From Lytechinus pictus (lineage: Eukaryota): a stretch of 64,000 nt of DNA. Below, one piece after another: positions 28,501 to 40,500 of the stretch. The stretch's first letter is position 1. The number at the start of each line of letters is the position of its first letter. The DNA is taken from the NCBI RefSeq assembly GCF_037042905.1, contig NC_087255.1, forward strand, positions 7,378,001 to 7,442,000, read 5' to 3'. The position numbers and the translations under genes were made by a program. Under the pieces are notes generated by a model. That model had not been told where the DNA came from. It did no database searches and worked only from the letters and a program-made list of their open reading frames with translations.

Positions 28501-31500
28501 TTTTTCTTTCTCCCCTTTCCCCTTCTTTTCTTCGCTCCCTTCTCCTCTCACTTTTTCTATTTTCCTTCTCATTTTCCCTCCATCCCTTCCTTTTTGCTTT
28601 TTTCTTTCTTTTTTCTTTCTTTTTTTCTTGAATGAGCGGATGTTAATTCGGGACAAGTTTTTAATTGATGCAACGAGAGGAGGAAATTGTGAGCATGGTG
28701 AGAGAAAATAATTACAAGATTGAGCGCAAGAATGATCAATACTTGTCATCAACGTACAATTGGGAAGATGCGAGTTACTAATGTATTTTCTGACATGAAA
28801 AACTGGACAATTTCCCAAATTTTTTCTTCCCGCTTTCTCTCTTTTCCTCTACTTTTTCTTAAGTCCCACTTCTTTTGTCCCCTGTACTTCTTACCTTTTC
28901 CTGCACCCTTCCTTCTCTTCCCTCCTTCGCTTTTTTACTCCATTTTATTATGTCTCCCTTCTTCATTTTATTTAATTTCCCCCTCATCCTTCTCTCTTTC
29001 TCATTCTGTCCTTCTTCCTTTGTCTCTTCTCCCCTTCGATTTTCAATCTACTTTCCTTTTCTCCTTTTCCCTCTTTCCTTTCTGTCTCACCTTCCCTTTT
29101 TCATCCCCTCTGTTTTCTTCTCCATTTCACCTTTTCCTTATTTCTTTTCTTTACCCCCTCTCCCTCTTTCTCCTCTTTGCCCCCCCCCCCCTCTATTTTC
29201 TCTTTCTCCCCTTTCCCCTTCTCTCACTTTTTCTATTTCTCTTATCTCTTTCCTTCTCGTCTTCAATCCATCCCTTCCTTTCTTTCATTTTTGCTTTCTT
29301 CTTCTCCCTTTTATCTGCATCTCGTAGATCCGCACCTGAAAGACATGTCAGGGTACATCAAAATGGATGACCATGCAGGGAAAGAATAGAGTAAATAGTT
29401 CTAGGAAGACCTCCGGAATGTAGGGTCAACATCGGCAATTACCTGCTCCTTTGTCAGAAACTCATTTACGATCACGACTAACCATGTCAGTGAATGAAAT
29501 GACGGACACCACAGGAAGAATATTCATAGGAAAGGACCCTTTACGCTAGTGCCAGTGCGTAATCGTACACAATAAGTCATTCGGTGAAAAAGCCTAAAAT
29601 CCCAGTTATCAACCCAAAACTTTGTAATTTTATCCGCGATAAATGATCGAAAACTTATGATTGATATGAGATAAAAATCACCTGCAGTCTTGAACGAATG
29701 TGTCAAATCAGACCTCTTCGTTCGACCAAGAATGCACGGCCGGACATCCTCGGAAACACCCTAGGATAGCTGCGGGCACTACCCTCGGGCGCTCCCCTAG
29801 GGCACTCATGTCCTAGGGGAGCGGACGCGGGCGTCTTCCCTCGTCCGCTCCCCTCAAATGTCCGCTACGGGCTACCGCGTTCGCCCTAGGGGGCACTGTG
29901 ACGTTTCCCGCGGCCGGCACTGTAAAATAAGTAGGTTGCGACAATTTAAAGTTTCGCTTATTTGTCACAAAACGGTTATATGCGTAACTCAGTGATATGC
30001 AAATGAGAGAGTCGATAATGTCTCTCACTCACTAATTCTTTTGTTTTTTATCGTTTGAATTTTAATATTTCAATTCTTACAGATTCGAAAATAAGGACCA
30101 ATTTGGCATAACAAAGTGTTTAAATAATGGTAATTCCATATGTTCAGAGACGAATGAAATAAAATTTCACATGACTATGAAATAGTGAGTGGGTGACGCC
30201 ATCAGTCTGCTCATTTGCATCCCGACTAGGATGTGCATATATATAACTGTTTTGTGAAATTGAGAGAAACTTTAAAATGTCATAACTTTCTTATTTTACA
30301 TCCGATTTTTATGACATTTTCAGTGTTATGCTTGTTGGATTTTTCTCATTTTATTCAAATCAACTTTTTATTGGGGTGGACTCGTCCTTTAAAGGCGTTG
30401 TGATAACGGCGTCAAAACGGGACATCGACCAGGCACAAATTCGTTCCAGCTGGACGTCGCTCTTAATACTAGACCCTGTCGTTCTTGCTACGAATTGACA
30501 AGCCTACAAAGCGGGCACGACTGCGGGAAATAAACGTTTTGCCCGGAACCAGCGGAAAATATTTTGCAGTACTTTAGTACGACTGGAAAAAACGTGGCTA
30601 CTCTCATACTACATACTTACTTACGCCTTACTGGCAGACCCCTTCTTGTGCTCTGTTATTCTTAGATTTTTGACTGGTTTAGGCAAATCCGTTAGTTCTC
30701 ATCTTGTATCATTCTATTTGTTAAAACATCTGGATGCCATTGGACTGTTTTGGGCTCGTTTTCTAATTGCTTCATGGTGCTTTTTCTTCATAAAGTTTTT
30801 GAGTTTTTGTCTCCTCTACCTACAGTCCACAGTGTAGCTATATTGGGAGGAAGCATATAAGCCTCACACATGGACATTGACTTCATTCACACTTGCTTAT
30901 CCAAGATATAAATGGGATTAATCTATAGTTGATCTCATCATGACTCTATACACAATGGACTTTAACAGATTAGCAAGCATTGTTCTGATCTTGGCTTGGA
31001 CCTTGTGTATGGAACAACGACTCTTGAGCTCTAACCAAATGACAATGGAAAAGGATGGACATGGCCTCGGAACTTTCTTCTTAGTCTCGACCCAGAAAGA
31101 GAGAGTTTGGCTCAACTTCTCGTTGCAACTGATGGCGACAAATTCTGCATCTCGACTCTCAAACGAAGAAATGGGACTCGTCTCAGAGTGCATCGTGGAA
31201 AACGAGAAGAAGAAAGTTAAAGCACAAGCAAATAAACGTTATCGTAGGGCATCTGGAATCTCTCTCTTAGGTGATCCCTCCACTGTTTTGGAGATTCTCA
31301 GAAACGAGTATATCAATTCCGGTCCGATAAGTAAGGGATTCAACATCAGGTTGGAGCGGTGGTCATGAATTTTATGTAGAAAAAAAGAGAGATTTGAGGA
31401 GCAGACTATTATTCACTTCGGAAGGGAGATCAGGTTGATGGGTTAATAGGGTAGCACAGGAAAATTGGTGTGGATCAACAACTGTATACAAGTCCATGTA

Positions 31501-34500
31501 ATCTGGGTGGTCGGTGAGACACTCCTCGACTCTGCATATGAAGTCTTGGCGGAGGTGACCAAGAGAGGAGCATGATCCGACAAAGTGTTCTACTGTCTCA
31601 TCATAAGAGTCACAAAGGGGGCAAATACGGGTGGAGGATTTTCCTAATGTGTAGAGGCGACATTGAGTTAGGTACGTGGACGAAAGTAATTGGGCTCTGA
31701 CAATGAGCGCATATCGGATGACAGGCGAATGTGTGGTCTTCGGATAAAGGAGATTGGTGGAGGGTGGGATGTGATCGATCCAGAACTTGAGAGAAGACTT
31801 CGCACGAGTGCCCTGTGCAACGAGATTATTGACGGCAGTATATATATTGTACTTAACCAGTTTATTAAAGGTGGAGTAAGGAAGAGGTTTCGAGATATTG
31901 GTGTGAAGATTAGGAAGGCCATACTTTCTAAACGTGTCCTGGATGATTTGGATAGTTGGAGTCCATGCTCCGAGAGCTGCTAGAAATGTCCGGTATTCAA
32001 AACGGTTGTGATCCAAATTGGAGAGTTGGCCGAATAGGAGCGATCTATCGAGATCTATCTGGATGGAGAGCGGCAAGAGGTTGGTGAGAAGATGTACTAT
32101 CTCGTCTGCAGCTGTTATTGGGACTCCAAGAACCCTCTTGAATAGGTGCGTTTGAGCTTTGTCGAGCTTCTGTAGCATGGATTTAGTGAGTTTGGTAATA
32201 GAAGCGCCATGCAACATCCTTGGAATACAGAAGGTTCGCCAAAGGTGTGTGACCAACATGGGGGTGAGGCCGCCAGTATATGCCCCAGAGCCAGACAGGG
32301 AGTAGAATGCTCGAAGGCCAGTTCCGATGATGCTGTCGGTCGGGTCGGACCGAGAACTGGATTTTGAGATCCCAAGGTGGGGATGACTGGTTTTTACATC
32401 AACAATACTTCCATTGACTGTCCAAGAGGATCTTGTGGGATGTTTGGTGTTGTTGAAGACAATCACTGCACTTTTGTAATGGTTGATTTTATAGTGCCAG
32501 AGCCCTGCATAGTTGAATGTGGCATCAATCATCAGCTGAAGCTCGTCTGGAGAATTGGCAACCAGTGCGACATCATCCGCAAGAACAACAACACCAGAGA
32601 ATCGGCCGTCTATTGAGCTGCTGAGGTTCTTCTCTCGCAGCTCCTTGATCAGACCGTCCACAAAAGCTGTGTAGAGTATGGTGCGAATCGTGAAAACCTG
32701 GTTGATGTACGCAGCATTGGCAAGAATGCACTTTGTGTACTCCTAAATGCTCAATCAGTATGCAACAAGACACAAGGCATTGAATCATTCATCATTGAAA
32801 AGAATATAGATGTTTTGGCTTTCACAGAGACTTGACTAAACGAGGGGGATGATGCTACTCCTCAGGAATTTCTTTCAAATGGATATGGCTTCATCTCAGT
32901 CCCAAGGAAAGAAAGGGGCGGTGGAGTTGGTCTCATAGCACAAAATCAAATCCAGATTTTACCATGCACTATTGATCATTTCAGGAGTTTCGAATGGGCC
33001 AAGTTCCAATTGAACATGGGATATAAATGCCTAATACTAGTCATAGTATACAGACCACCTCCGTCTAATCAAATGGTCTTACAAGACAAATGTTTCTTCC
33101 TGAATTCATGCCTATTCTTGACGAGCTATCAATAATTAATGAAGACTTCGTCCTCATGGGCGATTTTAACATTCCTATGGATGCTCCAGATAATCCAGAG
33201 ACAGTGAACTTCTTAAATGGACTCAATGACAGCAGCTTCACGCAACACACCAGCCAGCCAACACATATGGCAGGACATGTCATCGACCTTATCATTACAA
33301 GATCCCAGTGTGAAACGGTCAGTGAAATGAAAGTTGGGGAATTTTATCAGACTATGCAGCCGTTCACTTTATCTGTAAACTCAACGAGCAAACGCAGCGC
33401 GTCGTGGTTAAGAGATATAGGAAACTTCGGTCGATTGATCTGCCGTCTATCTTGGAGGTTGTTGAGACATTGTTGAGTCGGGGATACTACATTAGAAAAT
33501 TAATGTCTTGTGCCAAGAAAGATTACATCAAGCAGAAGGTTGATGATTGCAATAGTGATCAGAGGCAACTTTTTCGACTTGTAGATAATCTTCTTGGCAG
33601 GTCGAAATCCATTGCATTGCCCTCGGATTTAACAGATATTGGAAAGCGTTCCAGTGTCTTTTTCCAAAAAAAAAATGGTTCGCAATATAAGACAACCAAT
33701 GATTGGACTGGCTTCCTCTACCAGGATGTCTGAAACACCTCCTGAGCATCAATGGACTGAAAATCGGTCACGTTAATATTAATTCACTTCCATCGAAGAT
33801 AGAGGAATTAAGATTCAGTCTAAGAAATAAAACTTTTGATATTCTAGCAATTACGGAGTCGAAATGTGATGACACAATCACAGATCATGAACTCTACATA
33901 GATGATTATAGCATTGTTCGGAATGATCGAAATAAGCATGGGGGCGGTGTAGCTCTATATGTAAGTTCCAATGTATCATTCAAACGACGTATTACTCATT
34001 GTGAATGTGATATTGAAGCAATTTGTATAAATGTTACAAGTAAAACTACCGAACCCATAACTATATGTGCCGTTTATAGACCACCAAATTCCCCTGCATG
34101 CGTATTAGATTCAATTAATAATATGGTTGGCAACATAGTAACTCTTGTGAACAATGATGTAATTGTACTTGGCGCTTTTAACTGTGACATGAGCCCTACA
34201 AAGAATTATCCATGCTCGAGCACCTTACAATCAATTATGTCAGGGTTATTATTCCATCAACTTATTGACATACCTACTCGAGTAACATCGTATTCTGAAA
34301 CAATAATAGATTTGTTATTTTGTACTGATCCTGACAAACACAGTATAACAGGTGTATACACGACATCTTTCAGTGATCACTATCTTGCATTCACTGTTTA
34401 TGGTAATAAGTGTTCAAAATCTGTTGAAAATGTTATCGAATGGAGAGATTACAAGCATCTGAATACCAAAGAATTTCATAGTGACCTAACGGAACAACAT

Positions 34501-37500
34501 CTTGATAAAATATTTAACTTCAATAACACTAATGAAGCATGGAAATTTTGGTATACAAAAGTAATGTCATGTGTGAATAAACATATACCGTACAGAAGAA
34601 AGCGTCTAAGAAAAAACCCATGCCCCTGGGTATTAACCGGGGACATCATAGTGTTAATGAACAAGCGCGATCACTGTCTTAGACAGGCTAGAAAAACTTC
34701 CTCACCGGTTCACTGGAATGAGTATAAATCTTTGAAAAAACAAGTTAGATATGAGCTCAAAAGAGCAAAAACCAATTACATGGATTATCTCCTCAATGAT
34801 AATCACTCGGCCCCGAATGCTCTCTGGAATGTTATGAAAACCATCACTAAGGGACCAAGACAAAGTGAAAAACACATAGCTTTGGTAGCAGAGAATGGAA
34901 ATGAAATCTCCGAGCCTAATGAGGTGGCGGAATGCTTTAATGATTATTTTACCAACTCGATCGAAGAACTTGTTGGTGAAATTAATAGTGAAAATGTTTG
35001 TAACTCTGTAGACGAAAACGTAGAATATAATGCACCATTGATTACCCACGACTTTGTGGTAAAAACTATAAATAATCTCTCGTGCAAGAAAGCTACTGGA
35101 CATGATAACTTGTCTGTAAAACTGTTAAAACTTTTAATTACCGTCCCTATCGTTCTGTCCACGCTTGTTTATATCTTGAACCTATCATTAAATGAAGGAC
35201 TGTTTCCAACCGAATGAAAAACTGCTAGAATTCAACCAATTCCCAAATCAGGTGATAAAGCATTTGTTCAGAATTATAGACCGATAGCTATTTTACCTGT
35301 GCTCTCCAAGATCATTGAAAGAGCTGTAAGTTCAAGCCTTCTAAAACATCTTCTTCAACAAGAAATATTGTCTCCTAATCAGTTTGGATTTAGGCCTAAT
35401 CATTCATGCGAGACAGCACTACTTTGTATGGTTGATGATTGGTCGAAGCAAGTAGATGGTGGGAGACTGAACGGTGTTGCATTCATTGACTTACGTCGTG
35501 CTTTCGACACAGTAGACCATTCACTTCTCCTCAATAAACTTAAATCATGTGGCTGCTCTCGATCGTGTTTAAAATGGTTTGAATCGTACTTAGAAAACCA
35601 GGGACAATTCGTTTCTTTTGGTAATGAAAAGTCTTCTACAAAAGAAATTAATGTAGGTGTCCCTCAGGGCTCAATTCTTGCCCCGGTTCTGTTTTCACTA
35701 TTTATCAACGACTTATCGAATCATGTTACTAGTGCCTCAGTGTATATGTACGCAGATGACACTACTATTTCAGTATCTGGTAAGACTAAAGCAGAGGTCG
35801 AAACCAATCTAACCCAGGCACTATACGAGACCTATTCATGGATAAGAAATAACAAACTGATCTTAAACTATAATAAAACAAAAGTAATGCTATTAGGGTC
35901 AAAGCAAAAACTAAGTACTACTCATAATCAACAAATATCAATAAATATACATGGCTGTACTCTAGTATGTGTAAATGAAGTGAAGTGTTTGGGCGTAACA
36001 ATTGATAATTGCCTTGACTTTAAGCAACATACCAATTCAATTTCAAACCTTATCAAACGTAAGTTTGGAATTATTCGCAGGAATAAACATTATTTTAATC
36101 AATCTCAACTTTCCAAACTTTATTGGGGATATGTCATTCCCCATATCCTTTATTGTTCTAATGTTTGGTTTGGGAGATCAGAAGGACATTATGACACGCT
36201 TAACAGGTTACATAAAAGAGCAGCGTATCTGATATCAAATCGCACATGGATGACACGTTCTGAAATCGTGTTTAAAGAACTAGATTGGCCCTCTCTAAAC
36301 AAAGTTCTCCATAGAACCTCATGTGTTCTTATGTATAAGTGTGTCAACAAATCATCGCCCGCCATTTTATACGATAGACTTTCATTTGTCGATGATGTCT
36401 CTACGAGAACCACACGTAGTTCTGACAAATTGCTCTTGGGATTGCCAAAATGTCGTACGACCTTTTACCAAAAATCTTTTTTGTTTCTAGGCTCTTTCAA
36501 TTGGAACCAGCTGCCTGACCATATAAGATTTTCAAAATCTGTACATTCTTTCAAGTATCAACTTAAACACATATAGACAAATCATATCGTTCATTTTAAT
36601 CAGTATACAATACACTTATCACCCACTATTCTCTTGTCCGTGCCGTTCCTAAAGTACTCTTAATCTTGATTGCTGCTCTTTTCTTGTCTTTCTGTGTTTC
36701 CCACTTATTATTTAGACATTAAAGCGTGTCGTGGTTTTTTTTTCTTTCTTTCTTTTTATCTCGATGTATATTAGTGATGAAATTTCCAATGATGCGAGAT
36801 GTCTTCTGCTTGTTTTTTTTAATTCCAAAATTAAATTTATTAGTACTGTGTGATACATTGCCTTATGTTTTAACGATCTTTCATCTTTTTTTAAATGTTT
36901 TTTTTTATTTTTAATATATATATATAATCACAGGGCCCTGAGGTAGACCAGCTTTTAATGTTAATATTTTGCGTATTTATAATCTTGCCATCTGTAACTC
37001 GTAACATATTTTCGTATTTTACTTTGTATTTGTTCCTTTTTTCTGTATCTCATAATGACCTGTTACTATGTTTTTCGTATATTGTCTGTTTTTTAATGCT
37101 GATCAGGCCACTCTGTATAAATATTCGAGAATATATAAATAAATGAATAAATGGACAGATTTCAGCTAGTTTCAAGTGCCGAAATAGTAAAGATCATCAA
37201 ATCATCACAGAGCAAATCTTGCGCTCTCGATCCAGTACCTACATGGATGGAGAAGAAAGCGCCAAATATGTTTACAGAGATGATATTGACTTTAATAGAT
37301 TCTTCCTTGTTATCTGCTACAGTGCCAGAATGCTTCAGGGTTACTCTTGTTTTTCCAATTCTGAAGAAGAAGAGTACCCTTGATCCTGACTGTCTAATCA
37401 ACTATAGACCCATCTCTCAGCTATAATTTGTCTCAAAGGTTCTAGAGAAAGTTGTAGCTCATCGCCTCTGTACTTTCTTGGAAGACAGTTGTCTATCTGA

Positions 37501-40500
37501 AGACCTTCGGTCAGCCTACAAGCCTGGCCACAGTGTTGAAACTGCCTTAATCAAAGTGACAAATTATATTTTAACAGCTGTAGACAAAAAGCAGATGGTC
37601 TTTTTGTCCTGATCAATCTTTCAGCAGCGTTTGACACTCGATCACGAGTTACTTCTGAGAAGGATTGCTGACCGCTTTGGAATAACTGGTGATGTTATTA
37701 AATTGTTTCAGTCATATCTGCAGGCGAGATTACAACAGGTAGCAGTTGTGGATACCACATCCGAGAAATACATCATAGATTGTCTGATTGTGGTGTGCCG
37801 CAGCGATCTGTGCTAGGACAGATGCTGTTTACTACGTACACAGCCGCTCTTTGAGACATTGCGCGGCATCACGACATGAAGTACCAAAGACCTGAAGTAC
37901 CATCTCTACGCAGACGACACTCAACTTTATGTGGCTTTCAATCAAGGTCTTGACCAAAATAATGCATACCTTCGTATTCACAACTGTGTAAAGGATATGC
38001 AGACATGGATGAAGAGAAATTTACTGAAACTGAACAAGGAGAAAACAAATCTTCTCATTGGTTCACGCCACCAGCACTCCTCTTACGACCTGCAAGAACT
38101 TACAATAAACGAAGATGTTCTGCCTGTTTCTAATACTGTTCGAGACTTGGGTGTAATTTTTGACAAACTTTGAACATGGATGCACATATTTCGTCTACCT
38201 GCAAAAGTGTTTTCTACCACTTGCGAGACATAGCGAAGATTCGCAGATTCCTCTCTAAACCAGATGCTGCAAAAGTCATCCATGCCAGTGTCACGACGCG
38301 AGTGGACTGTTGTAATGCCCTGCTTGCTGGTCTACCACATTCTTTGGCCTCAAGACTACAAAGAATACTCAACAACGCTGCCCGAGTTATTAAAGGAGTG
38401 GGCAAATACGATCCTATTACTTAACCCTAAAAGAACCCCACTGGCTTCCTGTGTCGAGAATAATTGAATACAAGATCCTGACATTAGTGTTCAAAGCTCT
38501 TCATGACCATGATGACGCAGCACCTACTCACATCAATGATCTTCTTGTCGTGAAGCAAGGCCACTATTTTTTTTACGATCTTCCACATCTACCACCCTCG
38601 TGAATCCTCGTAGCCGAACCAAACATTATGGAGATCGGGCTTTTAGCTATGTGCTCCCAGTTATGTGGAATAGACTGCCAAGTATTATCAGGAATATGAA
38701 CACTCCTAAGACATTCCAATCAAGTGTCAAATATTACCTTTTTTCACAATCAAATTAGTGAAGTCCATGTCTTATGTTTGATGCTTTTAATTGTGAATAT
38801 TTCCAATGTTTTTGTGTATTTAATATGTAGCGCCTTGAGTAATGATTTATTAGAAAGTACGCATTAGAAATACTTGTTATTATTGTTATTATCATTATTA
38901 TTGTTATTATTATTATTGTATTTTAGCAGGGTTATCGTTGACTGAATTGAGCAGAGAACGTGGCTTATTCTGATTTTGGTTTCATTTCTTTCTTTTTTTC
39001 AGATCAGGATGTAGATATTAATCTAACCGGCGGTGGTGGGGATTACGAAGGTCGTGTTGAAGTATTCTTCGATCGAACTTGGGGAAAGATATGCGGCAAT
39101 AGCCAGTGGACCTTCAATTCTGCTGACGTCGTGTGCAGACACAATGGCTATGACCATGCTTTCATCATCTACTATGACGACACTTTCAGTAAAGACAACA
39201 TGACGACGGTGCAGTTTGATGAAGTTGACTGCGAAGGTTCAGAAACAAACCTGACATCATGCACAGCTTATAGATACAATGTAGGGTTTTGTAGAGACAC
39301 CCCTCGAGAAGCAGCTGGCCTGACCTGCACTTCGGGTTAGTAAACAGCTTCTGAAATCAATGTTCTTCCTACACAGGAATAACCGTCGTTTCTGGGGATC
39401 TATATAACAATTTTTTTACATTTTACTTATAATCCTCATTCACCGATGGTAGTACGTTAGTGCGAGCCCGCATGTGTAATCATTTCTCCCTATTCGGGCT
39501 TAATAGTGTTTTGTCTAGATTTTTTTAAAGTCTAAATTACATTATATTATCTTGAATGATGGCCCACTATTTTCGTTAGACTCTAATCTTTCTTTTGATA
39601 CAACAAAATATGAAATAAAAGATCGAAAATAAATGTTACCGATGAGTTATTTTTTCACATTTTTTGCCGGTCAAGTTGGATGTATTTTTTTTTGTTAATG
39701 TGATATTTTATGCACAAAATGATCCGAAAGTCTGGTTTCCGCCGAATGTTAGATCTAACTTTACTGCTAATACGTTGGCTTTACGTACGGGCCTCCATTG
39801 ATTTCAGTCTATGTATTGGTGAGAGAAGCCAACGCAGTTCAGCGGAACAACCAAATACAGAGACTGAAGCTTTTGGTCTATGTTCTTCCTAATTTTTTTT
39901 CTTAAATTATCAATTAATATCTGCAGCCTCAAAATTGTCTGATTGTTGTGACGATATATTATTTTCAGCTTTCATGATAACATTATGATTTACAGAAGTA
40001 GAGTGCTCAGCATGTATGTATGGTAGGAGGTCCTAAAGCTACGCACCACTCATCGCGCATGCAGTTTTCAATGGCAAATGCGCACTCTGTGTGTGGAACT
40101 GTGACTGCAGAGTGACGAACAATTCCTATTAATTTTTTTTCAACAGAGGCTGCAATAAATCTCTAAATGCAGAGTTAAACCAACAACTGATTGGAATTTC
40201 GGAGTTATATTCACTTTAATTTCATATATCCTATAATAATGTGAACATATTTTAGAAGTTGAGGCACAGGAAATACTATTTTTTTGCATGATAAATCGAG
40301 TGTGTAGCTTTAGGACCCCTTCTACATCGGGTGGCGAAATCAAGAGGTGTTCGGAAAACACGGCGGGATTTTCGTATTACGTGAGTTTTGCGTTATTTTC
40401 TTCATGGTTAATGATCTTTAGAATATTTGCCACAAATTGGTGAAAGATAATTTGTTCAAATATTGAAATTGGCATAGTTTTTATCGTTTGAAAACAAAGT

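Larger units (their letters stand above)
30624..38918 (+). mobile_element. L2/CR1-group LINE copy 2 (same family as 16326..20088), degraded, with two nested LINE insertions and an internal deletion near 33492
   Basis: Colinear with copy 1 from the 5' end (cgccttactggcagacccc) to the (TTA)n tail. Confidence 0.93.

Noticed and set aside
28417-29389. Long F/L/S/P-rich and K/R/E-rich ORFs (up to 216 aa)
   Set aside because: They arise from pyrimidine-rich low-complexity DNA that lacks stop codons; no domain signal.
25501-30281. LTR retrotransposon interpretation of the 364-bp direct repeats
   Set aside because: The repeats are internal pieces of a MITE also present at 13564-14149; no PBS/PPT or retroviral ORFs seen.
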